Assembly: GCA_047495785.1 (NCBI GenBank)
Contig: JBLDXI010000009.1
Location: forward strand, 186,001 to 250,000
DNA length: 64,000 nt
Reading direction: 5' to 3'
DNA from: Lepidodermella squamata
Taxonomy: Eukaryota; Animalia; Gastrotricha
In this document: positions 51,157 through 64,000 of the stretch, piece after piece
Position numbering within the stretch: the stretch's first letter is position 1
How the letters are laid out: each line of letters begins with the position of its first letter
Notes under the pieces: generated by a model
What the model saw: the letters and a program-made list of their open reading frames with translations, nothing else
Told to the model about the DNA's origin: nothing
Database searches by the model: none
Translations under genes and position numbers: made by a program

Positions 51157-54100
51157 TTAAAATATGAATCTAAAAATGAAAATAAAAATGCTTCAACAAA
51201 CTTCAAAAGGTATTTACTAGGCAAGCAGATAACAAAAATGAGCACACAGGCTGAGTATTATCAAATAATTGAAATTCGTAAGAAACTGTCATGTAAAGCG
51301 GTAGAGACTAGGATAGGCTGGCAAGACAAGGTGAAAAATAATAGCACCATCCGATATATATATTGAATCGGCAATTTTTCTAAGCAGTTCGATGATCACC
51401 CGTTAAAACCGTGTTGAGCGACTTTCAATTGAAACAATGAGCTGTCCGGCTGAAATGGAGCGAAACATGTGATTTAGCGGCAATAAACTTCAATATTACC
51501 CTTGCTCAGATATTCGTTTTTGTTGCGAGACGAGTTGAAAATTTGACCTTCAACATCAGCCGCCGTTTTAGGTAATTTTAGTCCAGACAATGTAACAGCA
51601 CTTTCGCTATAAATTATGATTCAACTTTAAATGGTTATGAATATTTATTTCAAGAGATCTTACATTTTTTGAACAGTGTTCTGGCGTAGAGCCGGCGTGA
51701 TATCTGCCTTGTCTGACATTTTTGGAGTAAAATGGAATAGCTAAACAGAGGATAAAGGTACAAAAATGTTCGAATTTTAGAAAGGCTGTTGCACGAAGGG
51801 GGAAGATGTATTAAATGATCGATTTCAGCATCAACAGCAAAGCTCATCATCAACATTTTAACCAACTTACATCCAACACAGCAAGATGCAAGCAATTGCA
51901 CACGGGAATTGCCTACTTATGCGACATTACTTGTAAACATCAAGCTCGCTCCATGAAAATGACCGACAGGAATGGGAGAAGAAATCAGACACCTAGTTGC
52001 TCATAAGTAACCAGAAAACTACAATTCAGACCTGTCGCGAAACAGATGATGGAAGACGAAATATTTTTAAATTACATAACAACGCGATTATATAAAATGC
52101 TAATATTATGCGTCAGCTGTGGATCAACAGGTTGCCAAGGAGCCATCCGATCATTCATGTCATTTTCAGGGTAAAATTCCTGCAGCATATCTCATTCTTT
52201 CCTTTAGGTATCCGCAATGGTTCACGTTTTTCGCAAGAGCAAAGGTATTGTCTAAAGCTGGGCCTCAGTCTAAGATCTAATTTGAGCTATTAAGAAATAA
52301 TGCATACATTTTATGCTTAATATCTTCAGCTTCTTTACTTCTTTATCAACGAATCACAGCTAGGCGTTTTGAATAAGGATAACTTTTCAATTCATATTTT
52401 AAACCTCGACAAGCTAGTAAGTATCTAACGCTCCTCTGTACGGTTTTAAAAGGTGTATTTTGACAGTTCGAGTCAAGGCAAATAATAAAGAAAAAGACGA
52501 GATTGAAGTTGGGGGCTATGTTAGGATTGTTCACAGGGGACCACCGAAATTTCAAGAGCCGACATAGTACCATGATGTACCCGAGTTCAACAACGAGCCA
52601 TTTAAATTATTTAAAAATGCCCACCTTTCCCACAAATAACTTTGGCAATATTATGAAAACCTGAAAAATAACATGGAAAATCATTCATAAAGAAAAGATT
52701 CAGAAAAAAGACTGGCCCCTGGACAGCCAAACTTTTCATTTCGACGAGAAAACCCAGTCATATTCAAAGTAAGGTTGTTACCAACCGTCTCCGCTCAAAA
52801 TCTGGTTTTTAAATTGGACAGAATGTCACCGATTTACTAATTTACCTCGCTTCAACTAGAGCTATCTTTTTTACTTTGTGACGGGGCAAATTTCATAAAA
52901 TATCAAGGGATAAGGAATACTACTCGGCTAAGACTGGCGCATCATATGGAAAACTGGTTTGCTGACTTCAATTACGATAGGTAGAGAAAGAAAGATATAA
53001 AGAAAAGGAGAATCGGGATATCAACTCTTTTCCTCAAGCCAACGTCGAGCGCTGTAACGATTTCTTTTTTCTTACTTCTTTCACATCAGCTCCCAAAGCG
53101 GCTTTCTGAATCTCCTCCGGTTGCTCCGGTTTGGGGCGTTGGATAAATAAGCGAGGGAGATATAAATCCCATGATCGATTAGAGCTGAGCGACTGCAACA
53201 TGTACGCCAAATTAAAATGTATTGCTGGCTAAGGAACCTGAAGAGTGTTAACTGAGATCATTACACAGGCATTGGTCATCAATCTTCCAACCGGGAATCA
53301 GAATCGTAAGCAAGAGTCGTAACAGTAATATTGTTCAAGCAAACAAGTTTGGTTGCATGCATATATGCAACATTCATCGCTCTTTTCAAACACTGATGGT
53401 AACACGCCAATACCTCATCCCTCATCCCAGGGTGCCATGGCGATTGAATGATATCCAAGTCATGTCAAGATCAGGGCACTATTGCATATAATTACAGTAG
53501 AATTTCGAATAGGGCGTTACCTATGCCAATTTTTTGGGGTGAGTGCTGGGGTTTGAGTGCATAGAGCATACTCTTGGCTATGGATGGATGGATGGATTCA
53601 TAAGCCCAGTCGCCAGTCGCCAGTCACTAGTCGCCCATCGATATACTTGGGCATCAGTTTGTTAGTTTAGAACCCGAGTCACCGCTGTGCCGAATTTTTA
53701 CACGGGCCTTGTGGCACAATCGCGCAAAAATAGATAACAGATCTAATTCTCGTACCTACCCAGTATTGCCACCACTGAATCGTTAGCGGTAGCATCAGCC
53801 ACCACCCCAGGCTTTATTGGTAGAGACCATACTTTCCCACAGATCAGAAGTTAAAAATAATTCATGATGTTTAGTTTAAAATGCAGGATCAATCAGCAAT
53901 CTTATCTCGGGCGTCGGGCGGGGCTAGAGGGAAAACCATTAGACATTACACGATATCGGCAACATGCATCATGCATCAGGTCTCACAGAGGGCCTTCGGC
54001 GACGAAGAAGACGTCGAAGAACGAAGTTGAAATCCTACGTTTTCTTCCTACTTTTTTATATATTTTTTCCGGTCAAAAGCTTCTTCTCTTTTCTGTAAAA

Positions 54101-54294
54101 TCCATATTATTCTTACAAAAATTATGCTTATTATTTTTGTTTATTATTATTTGATTTTGTATCTGATTTGAGCCGCAGTTGTTAAGCCTTCCAAAACCTC
54201 CGCGACGCTCGGGCACGGCTGACAGATTGAGCGCTGCTCGACCGCTAAAGCTAGTCGAAACATGGAAAGTCTATCCTGCACACGACCAATTGTT

Positions 54295-54825
54295 CCCTTG
54301 GGGACTTTGAATCATTCACCCTCAAATTCACCGAGAAGGCCGACGGTGATCGAATCATTATTGGGGGTGATTTCGACGGCGCCAAAGCCCAGCAAAAGCC
54401 GCGTTTAAGAGTGCGAAGCTGAAGCTTGGTCTGCCTGACTGCCAAGTCACTAGCTAAGTGAAACCAGTGAAAACCAAGCTCAGCTGCCTCTGTCACATCG
54501 GGCTGCCTAATTCGATCGAAACGTCTGGGTCCAGAACGTATGAGCCTTTTAATGATTCCTTGGTTTGTTTTGTTCCTCCGCCCCAAAGATGAAGAAGCGA
54601 CTAGATAACAGAACCACAGTCTTCCGCACTATAAGGAAGCTTAACGAAGTCTTCATGGAATCGTTCTTAGCGGACGACTCGTCAGTCAACCGGCCGATTG
54701 CGAAGGCAGAGAAAGATGTTGATCGCTACGCAAACCACATCATCAACTCCTTTATTCAGTTGCTCGATCGCCATGCCCCTAAGGTACACATCAAAACAAA
54801 GAACAGTGTGATGGTTTCTGCCTAA
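54295..54825 (+). mobile_element. LINE ORF2 remnant (APE endonuclease plus linker)
   Basis: RIIIGGDFD (cf. IIxGDFN) followed by SFIQLLDRHAPKVHIK, the L2/CR1 EN-RT linker motif. Confidence 0.6.
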
Positions 54826-56468
54826 GCCATCGAGACTCCTAATCATTCGGTCGTGCGATCCATTGAATTTTGCGCAACTGTTGCTTTTGCCGAGGTAGAT
54901 GACCAAGATTATAGATTATGGGATTATGAGAATTATAGCCGTAGTCATTAGAAACGATGCAACTGGTGTGACAAGGCCATTTTTTATTAACTTTATTAAC
55001 CTTATGATAGAATGCGACATAGAATGCGGCAACATTTGTTTTGGAAATAATCACGTTGTACTTCTGCTCTGTTTTACTTACACACTTTGCCAATTAAGTT
55101 TCGCTGGGAGATTGATATGCTCCCACTATTGAAGTTTGAACTAATAATTTGTGGGGTCGTGAAGTTTACCTCTGCAATTGTTGTGCTATTTTTCCCTCTC
55201 CAATAGTAGAAAATCGGGGCCGATCTGCCGATATGGGAACTGCATTTTCAATCAGGCCGGATAATTTTAAGACGAAAATGAATTTACATTTCCCATTGTA
55301 ACCCGAATTCAAGCCACTTTCTATGAAAAAACTAGAAAAATAACAGAAAACATTAAATATGCGAGCGTTCATCATGCTTTATTGTTTTCTCAATTTTAAT
55401 CCAAGTATGGCAGCATAAATACCATCTGTGATACTAGATGTCATTAAGATAAAATAGCAGAGGTCAAATGTCCTCATTTTCGAATAAACGGCACTTATTT
55501 TGCGCGTTCATTCGGTTTCGCATATTTTTATATCATACAATAAAGAAGCAGATCAGGTTCATCAGTTCAGGAGCTGCGATCATTCACTTCAAGTTCATTC
55601 CAACTCGGTCATATATTTAGGTAGCAAGTCAATACTTTTGATTATTTTGTTGCATGATCATTTCATCAGAACGCCTTGGTCACAAGGCGCTGAGAGACGG
55701 CCGCTCATGCCAGCTCATGCGATGTAAATGATAGTTACAAATAAATAATGCTAGGTACAAATATGGCGATATTGCGCAGCGCCTCATCGTCTGCGCAATA
55801 ATATACCGTCCGAGATAGCAAGTATGAGAAATTCAAGTCGAAAACATTGTAAATCATCGATGGGTTGGAAAAGTAAATTGGCGACAGGAGAAAGAGCGAA
55901 AATAAAGAAATTGTGTATTCGTCAGCCGCTTCCATTCGCATTTGCATTACTTTGTGCGCTGCATCATATCAGGTTTTCATCATATTTTTTTACAGAAGGT
56001 TCTCCGAGCAAGCAAGGCCTGACGCATAAATTTTACTGGCCAAACTAGTAAAAATCTCAACTTTCCCCGATGTATAAATTATCAACCTCCGAGCGCCCAA
56101 GATTCATTGTATCGATACAAGTCAAATGCTCCGTTTCGATTCTTCACTATTGCGCTAGCGAATTTTACTTGATCCAGAGTAACTCCTTTGCTTTGCGAAA
56201 AAAATTCGTTTATAAGGCACGAGTTAGTGACCCGGTCAGGACGGAGACTCAAACTTTCAAGATGTGAGCTCAACGAGAAGCACCGTCGTCTGTTTCTTCA
56301 GCGAAATCTTGTATAGTGTGTAATGAATTAGCGAGGATAAGGCTGTGGATTTGACGTGGAAATCGTAATTCATGATTCAGTATGCGAAGAGAGATGCGCG
56401 ATGAGTAAAACAAGGAGCAGGCGACATGATAAGATACACACAATATGTAGCATTGATAGGCGCCTAAT

Positions 56469-59178
56469 TTACAGAACTGTAGCCGAGTTAGCTGGCGTTC
56501 GCACCATGACACCGTTTCTGCTTTGCCCATTCGCCGGTTGCAAGGCGACCAAATAGGTCGGCTGAGAAGCCGTTATCTTATTGTTAGATGAGGCTGAATT
56601 CATGTTACCGGTTGTTCGTTGGGAATAGAGGTTTGCCGTTGAAGCGTAAGAATTATTTGCGGTCACGATTGCGTTGGTAGTCTGCTTGGTGCGATTCGAA
56701 GCAGCCTGCATATTGAGATGTGTGTTAACTTCAGAGAATGATTATGGGAAAGCGTATCAATTAAAAGCAATATCCAGAAATCAATAGAAGCAGCTAGAAG
56801 ACACTATTTAGAGACATATACCGTCTGTTGGTATTTTGCTGGAGCTTGTGATGCTGCTGCATTGCCCGCCAGGAAATTTGGGACTGATCTAGCTTTGTAC
56901 AGCTTCATACCACCGACTCGATCCTATGAACAATTAGTTAATTAATCTTATCATCTTGGAATGGGACGCTAATACCTGGTGCTGTTTATTATCAGAGCGT
57001 ATCAAATATAGAGGCTCGGGGCCTGAAAGCAAAACATTTCGTTATTAAGATAACGGTGATTTTACTCGAACTTACCGAGCTCCCACTTTTCCTTCTCAAT
57101 TATTCCCATCTACAAACGATGAACATGATTTATTTGACGTACTTCTCTTGAAAATAGATTCTTACTTGAGCGCGTACAACCTCGCGACGTTCATGCCGAA
57201 TGCGCTCAGCCAGTTCTCTTTGCCGGCGCACCCTTTCGTCGTTTTCAGGTGAAGTAACGCGATCCAGATCGTGTGAACTAACAATTTGCGCAAGGCTGCC
57301 GCCAATCCATTGCGATGACTTGGACCTCTGCATTTGCACATTATCCCCTAACCTGCGCTGCTTTGAAATCTTGGAAGAGCTCGTTCCAGAGAGGTTTGCA
57401 CCAATCGGCGCCACGCTTCGGCTTCCATTTTGCACGTTGACGCGAACTACAGGCGCTACCGGCAATCCATTAGTCGTGGTGTTGAGAGTACGACGTGAAC
57501 TCGAAATACCGGCATTGCGGTTAGGGGAAGATGCAATAAGGTCGGTAACGCTGCCTCGCGGCGCGCCGTTGCTCCTCGCCGATTGGACGTACATCACATC
57601 GGGCTCGACATTTTGCCTAAACAATGACGTTAACTCAAAGGTTTACCTTCAATTAATAAACGCTCACCTGTAGGTGGCGTAGGCGAGGCGCCTACTGCGA
57701 CCGCTATTCGCTGGGGATGGGGGAGACGCCTGCTGATAGGCGCTTTCGCTTACAAGAGTACGTCGCCGGTAGACGTCCACCGGGCTATGCTGCGCGTCGT
57801 TGTACGGCGATTCGTTGCGCAGGTGGTGCGAACTATTGCTGTAATAGTGTTGTTCATGGCCGGGTGGTGGCGCAGGCATCAGGCCAGGTGAGCGACTACG
57901 ACGCTCCGATTCAGAAGAAGTGCTTCTATGTCCATGGTAACGATTGCCGGCGTAACGGGTCGACTGGCCGTCGTTAACTGTCGCCGATGCGCCATGGCGC
58001 ATTGTCGTCTCGAAAACTGATTTGAGGCGGTGAACTTCCTCAGCAATTGTGAGCACTTTATCGTTCAATGCTCTCTGCTGAGCCGTTATTGAATCCGTAA
58101 GACTAATCTGATCGAACTCGCTATTGTCGGCCAAATAATCCGCCGTGTCAGAATCATCCGGTACTACAGCAGCAAGTAGCGCCGCATCGGCGTCTGAGCG
58201 GTTTCGGCTACGCTTCAAGACCTCGCGAACCTGCTGGCGCATGCGCCGCTTGAAAGCGGCGTCGCTTTCATCGAATCGCCGAAACTGACTATTCTGCTGC
58301 AATAACAAATCATGGCTACGCTGGATATGCTGCTGATGAATGGCGGCCGAAAGGACGGCGTCATCGTTGTTTGGCGAGATGGCGCCCGGGTCGGGCGTTA
58401 CCACCAGGATTGCCTCCTCCTGCTCCTCGGCGCCAGGCGATGGCTGCGGGGATGGAGCAGCCATTACAACCATTTGCTGTTGACCATTCTGAGTCGAGTA
58501 ACGGCCGTTAGCTGTAAGATGAGAATTACTGCTTGCCCTCATGGTCAAATCACTTCTATTTGCCGTGTAGTAGCCAGAGTTTTCGCCTTTGTTATTCGGG
58601 GCGCCGTTGTTGGGTGGAGCAGACTTCACACCATTGTTGGTACCGGCTGCATTCGAATTCGCCTGCGACAACGCGCGCAATCGACGGAATACTTCGGCCG
58701 ATTCTCGCGCATCTTTTTCCGATGCACAGCGAAACACAAGAATGTCGAAAACTGACTTGGATCCTGTTTTAATTAGGCACAGTAGCACTGATGTATGGAC
58801 TGCATCCGGTACGACTTGAACAATTTTATCCATCGGGATAAATTCATCGTGAGTACGGCCGAGCACAACCCGCTTGCCAAAGAAAATACCCAACTCGCTG
58901 TTTTGTCAAATTAGCAATAAAAAGCTAATAATCAGTGTAAACTTATCATTTTACCTCAATTTAAGTTTGGCCTTTTGACTCGGCACCAGGGGCAAATTGC
59001 GGCGCAAGTGTTGCATGATGTCTTCGGTAACCTAAATCAACGATAGCAATAGGAATTTTAGCAAAATTCGGAATTTCGAGAGCGATCAACGCACCTCATT
59101 TGTGTGCCAACGACCCAAAAACATCACTTTCTTCGAGACCAGTATTGACGCTCGGACTTGAGCGTGTCTAGACGCCAT
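56469..59178 (-). CDS. Multi-exon protein with an N-terminal PTB/PH-like domain and a long disordered/coiled-coil tail
   Basis: VMFLGR..KLKLSELGI..FIPMDKIVQV..FDILVFRCASEKDARESAEVF has a PTB-like beta-sandwich plus C-helix pattern. Phase-consistent GT-AG introns. Family not identified. Confidence 0.65.
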
Positions 59179-62100
59179 TGTTTATCCTTGATCTTAATTT
59201 CAGCGGATTCGATGAATCACATTACAAGTATAAAAGTCATTCTTCCTAGCAAAAAGAAAGGGAAATTATATTATCGTTATGAAAGTTTTCAGAAATAGGA
59301 GTAGGCCATCCAAAGAAATCCTTGAAATGCGAGCCAAATTGCCAACATTATTGTTTGCGAATTCATTGATTGATATGTTAGGGAAAGGACAGAGAGGCAG
59401 ATGCTTTACTTGGCAAGAGAGCATCCGTGAGTTTTCAAAAAAAGCATACTCTTCGCGACCGATCATTTAGAATCGCCCTGATCACCCGTCCTCGACGATC
59501 CATGAGCTCGCAAAGGTAAGTTGAGGACAAAAAATAGAAACATCGTCTTTTGTCATTTTCTGAAACATTTTCTGAAAATTGGAAATTCAAATGCACAATT
59601 TGATTAGCGATAAGCAGATTTGCGATTACTCCGAATAAGGAATCCGCAATAAATTCTTAGCTCATTGGCCAAGTCATAACACATTGGGGTGAGGATTAAA
59701 CTCTACGCCAAGCGTCAGTGTCGGTGAATGCGAACAGGAATGAATGGACTGCGTATATCTTTTGCGTCTGGAGAACACTGTTTAACTTCTTTTGTTACAG
59801 CATGCTCAACCAGCCAGCCGCTGTAGCTCTCAAGATTCGTGTCCTTAAAACCGCATCGCATCGCATGTGAGCAGCGCATAAAATTCATGGCAATATATGC
59901 TAAGCTATTATTGTTGTTGGTTTTTCTTAGAGTATATGAGCGTCTTTATTGTTGTCGAAAAGAGTTGTTTCTACCGGTAGCGTTATATTATTCTTGCTAA
60001 ATAAAACAACAATATCCTCTTATTGTAGGTTTCGCTTCAATTTCAAGCAATAATATTCAAGATATTAGCACCAGAATAACAAGCTGTATTCATACATATA
60101 GCCACTTCACGTCTGAAGGCCTCCGCTATTAGAGCGAATAGCAGCAAAATTAAAGACGAATCAGTGCGCGCATCAGTGCAGAAGATGAAAAATCACGCTA
60201 ATCTCAACACCGGAGCAAAAGGTCCGGCCAAAAACTCGTGATTCGCATTTATTACTGTTCGCTGTTGTACTGCCCGAGTTGTAATTTTACGCGGCCTCGA
60301 CATGCTGCATGTTTATATGTGATTTTTTTGGAAATCACTCTACCAACGCGACTCATCATCAATCCTTTGCAAAGCATCGACTAAACGACTACAAACTAAT
60401 TGACTAAATATTGAAGTCACGCGAGGGGTCCGGTAATTTCATTATTCAGTGTGAACATCCCGCAAGAACATCAAACAGTTCGAAATTAAAAAATAAACCT
60501 TAAAAAAAGGTTGCAAATGTAAAAACAAACGAGAGTTGGAAAGATGACAACATTGTAATCGTACAAAAATGCCTGAAATCAATTATTTATTACAAGCGCG
60601 CCTAATAAAGATGGCAAGAAATAAAGATATAAAGATATGGCGCGTGTTACTTGTCATCACCTGAGTCATGATAGCCCTTGTGTTCTTAATGATGTATTTT
60701 TTGCGCGATTGCAACACTATTTTATCCAAGCGTGCCGCCACTGGCAACACTAAGACAATAAATTATGTGAGTAAAATAGGCAATAAAATGCATGCTGGTG
60801 TCACGTTTCAAGTTCATGAAAGTCTAAAATTTTCCAACATGGCCTCGGCGCATATAAAAAGCGGGCGATAGATATAATTATAGTCGGCCATCGACTTCAC
60901 ATTTAGTAGTAGTTGTTAAATTTGATGAGCGACATCAAGTATGCTCGCTCAAAGCCGATGTCTCTAAATTGCCAGTTTTAACAAACTGCGATATCGCACA
61001 AATAGCTGACGCGCATGCATATGTAGCAAGTTTTTGATGTCAACGCAACCCTTGTGCAAACTACTCATGAACTTTGTCTACGACCGCAGAAGGCGCTCGC
61101 GAAAAGTCACAAGTGAAATATATTTGTTAATGATACTCCTACAACTAAAAACGTACACACCAAAGACATGAACCACAATCGTTTTGAAATACGTTATATA
61201 GAGCTGAAATTTCAGAAGAAAATATGCTGCATGTCTATGCTTGCGCTTGTTAAAAAAAATTATGATCGACTTACTCGAATATAAACCCTTCAGTCAATAA
61301 ACTGGGAAATATAACTTTTAGAAGCCATTTTCATCAATATAATTTGATATTTATAAATTGCGATTCTAGCTAAAGGCTTGCAAGAATACCATCAAGAATG
61401 CAAGAAGAAACTTGTTGAAATTGCGTAGCCGAAGACCTAAAACATGGTTTCAACAAAAATTGATGATAATCGATCTCATTGGTAATAAACTATCACCCGT
61501 CTATCGCCTATTTCGAGCAAGCGGAGAGAAGGAAATAGAAGGAAGAAGAAAGAATGACCACGCCCCGGATGTGAGTGGCTAGCAAATAGCTCATAAAAGA
61601 ATATGATAGGGCCATCATGAACACAGTAAAGGGACTTCAATGTAGGAAATCTCGTGTCAGCGTCTTTTACAGCGTTCATCAATATATTTATATATTTACT
61701 TCAACTTCCGCAAAATGAATTATGTACAAGGGCATAATTCGAAGGTCGCTGATACGCAAGAGAAAATGCTAAGCCACGCAACAGGTATACTTTCGCTTCA
61801 TACATGAAGCATGAGATCGATTATAGAGAGAGATTTCATTTGTATGCACCAATATTTTGTGCCATTTAACTATAAACAACATCCTCTTTCGACCCGTTCG
61901 TAACCAGAAGTCAAGATCTGAATTCTATAGTGGTTTTTGGTTTAAAAGAACCGCAAGCTTGGCAGTAGAAATAATGGTGGCGGGTGGCCAAAGATATTCG
62001 CAACATTAATAAGGGGACAACATTCTGTACAGCCCTTAGCGCCAATTTTAATTTTTTTCATAAAAGTCTAATAGTTTCAGGGAAATTCAACTGAATGAAA

Positions 62101-64000
62101 GCGTTGAGAAGCACAATAATAACGTGTCGACTTGGCAGACGAGCGCAACTCGCCACAAAGAGGCATTTCTTAATTTATGCCAAACGTGCTGACGACATTT
62201 CGCACAGCGATGCCGCCTGCTGCTATATGAGCCTGCTGGTGTGCCGCTCTACACGTTAGGTTGAATGAATTACCTCGTGATGTATGCGAAATCATGGCTT
62301 GCATATTTTCTGCTGGAAGGAATGAAATATTGCTGAGAGAATACCACAGAGCTGCGATTATTTTCTGCTTTTAACTATTTTGTAAAAGCAAATTTGAAGG
62401 TCTCACGTGAAAATAGCCTGGTTTATAATAACACGTGGGTACAGGGTACATTAACGATGCGCTGTGGATTCGAATGTTCAATTTTTGTAAATGAATAAGA
62501 GTACCTATCCTTTAATGCCTTAGTGCAGCCAATATTTATTCTTATTTCTTAGTCAGCAAAGAGCAGGTCAAACATGCAATCTGCACATTTCGCCAAGGCG
62601 ACACTCGATAAACGATTAAACGAGCGCATTTTGAAAGCCCATCTCAATGCTATCAACTTGAACCGGCCGGAACCAGCTAGGTACTTTGAAGCTAGTATGA
62701 CGATAGTGACCAATGTGACCAAGGATTAGAAGCTTATTTCGAATTCTGAAAGTCTCGAAGTCTCAAGCAATCCACCGTAAAAAGTGGATATTTGATTCTA
62801 TTTCGTTAAGCTCCTCCTAAGGATAGCTGGATTAAGGTGTGAGAGCACCGCCGCCAAGCGAAATTTCAAAAAAAATCTGGAAAATTATTTGAAAAAAAAA
62901 TCGGCGAAAATAGACCAGGCGCATATAAAATCATCACGTTAATTAGCCGAAGGCCGTGTCGATGCTAGCGAGCTACCATAATATCGAGCAAGCCATTGAA
63001 AACGAATTCGAATTTTCTTGATAGTTCTGGATAAAAGGTGATGCTATGCATTTTGAGGGAATAATTCAACAAATGTCCCTGCACTTACGGCTTACAGGTT
63101 TATCTGAACGTCCTTTATTCTTCCTACATTCTTCCTCCTACATACGCATGCGTTAAGTAGGTAAGATGGGTTGTTAAAAAACATACTTCGACTTTGAATT
63201 ATCTATATCCTTTTCTTAAACATCACATTTTGCGAATGCAAGAACGACTCTGTGATTGGTAAGCAGCTGAGAGATCGAACGAGGGAAAGAAGAAAGGACA
63301 TCGATGTCATGACTGCTGGGGAGATTACCGAACAGCATCGCATTTAGCATTATTGTAAAATCACAGCACAGAGAAATATTGGACAAGACGGCGTGGTAGC
63401 CCAGAGAGTTTAGACTTTCCTTTAGTGGGACATTTATCAGCGGTATACAACACTACTTGTGGCGCGAACGTAGCCGTGACAGCAGACGGGAGGACGTCGC
63501 GCACAGAAGCGCTAATGAGTGATTAAACCTAATAGGTAATATTAGTAAAACAAGGTGGCCTTGTTGTACGGCTGCTGTATCATATCATTGCCATATCAAC
63601 CTAGTCGCTGTCTTTGTCACTGCCGTTGGTCGGTCGGCACCGCCGTCGCAGGCGTATTAAAACAGTGTCGGTAGCAGAAAGCCGTCAAGTTTGCGCGCCA
63701 AGAGCCAGACAGCTGTCATGCATATAACGTATTATGGGATTCCGTCTCGTCGTGGTCTCATGCGACCCCAGTATTGCTCACAACAAGCGACCTCATTGCC
63801 TGTTTACATAAGCATGTTTCCACCTTGAGACGCTTTACGCCTTAAAGGTGAACACCCTTGGTTTACATCACCATCATCATATAGCGTGTTGATGAGCGAG
63901 AGCGAACAGGAGCGAACATTTCGTTACCATGTCATTTAGACTACGGAAGTGGGCTTCGTGGTGAAGGCAATAAAAATATACCGAAGAAGCTAATAAAAGA

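Noticed and set aside
57200-58819. Several + strand ORFs (also at 10777-11457, 26039-26829, 47307-47703)
   Set aside because: Antisense shadows of real minus-strand exons.
63390-63460. tRNA-like 5' sequence GGCGTGGTAGCCCAG
   Set aside because: No B-box or T-loop and no cloverleaf.

Overview
Eukaryotic (bilaterian animal) genomic DNA with a compact architecture: most introns are ~43-60 bp GT-AG, so the ORF track shows only exon fragments. Manually spliced gene order: Hook (-), a 136-aa orphan candidate (-), CFAP221/PCDP1 (+), a small orphan or decaying gene (-), PDCD4 (-), CCDC186 (+), Vax homeobox (-), a 5-HT7-like aminergic GPCR (-), an AUTS2/FBRSL1/tay-family gene (-), and a gene with an N-terminal PTB/PH-like domain (-). 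The dominant structure is a near-identical 8,194-bp tandem duplication (7097-15290 = 15291-23484; TCC microhomology; at least one SNP). It doubles PDCD4 and creates a third locus that can splice into an in-frame CCDC186-CFAP221 fusion. Other notable points: the GPCR has lost both activation tyrosines (Y5.58 and the NPxxY Y7.53); PDCD4 carries a beta-TrCP-type degron in an inter-MA3 insertion rather than in its N-terminus; and a nested transposon stack (LINE containing two TA-MITEs, one of which contains a hAT MITE) lies at 41.5-43.8 kb. All homology calls come from recalled motifs, not database searches.
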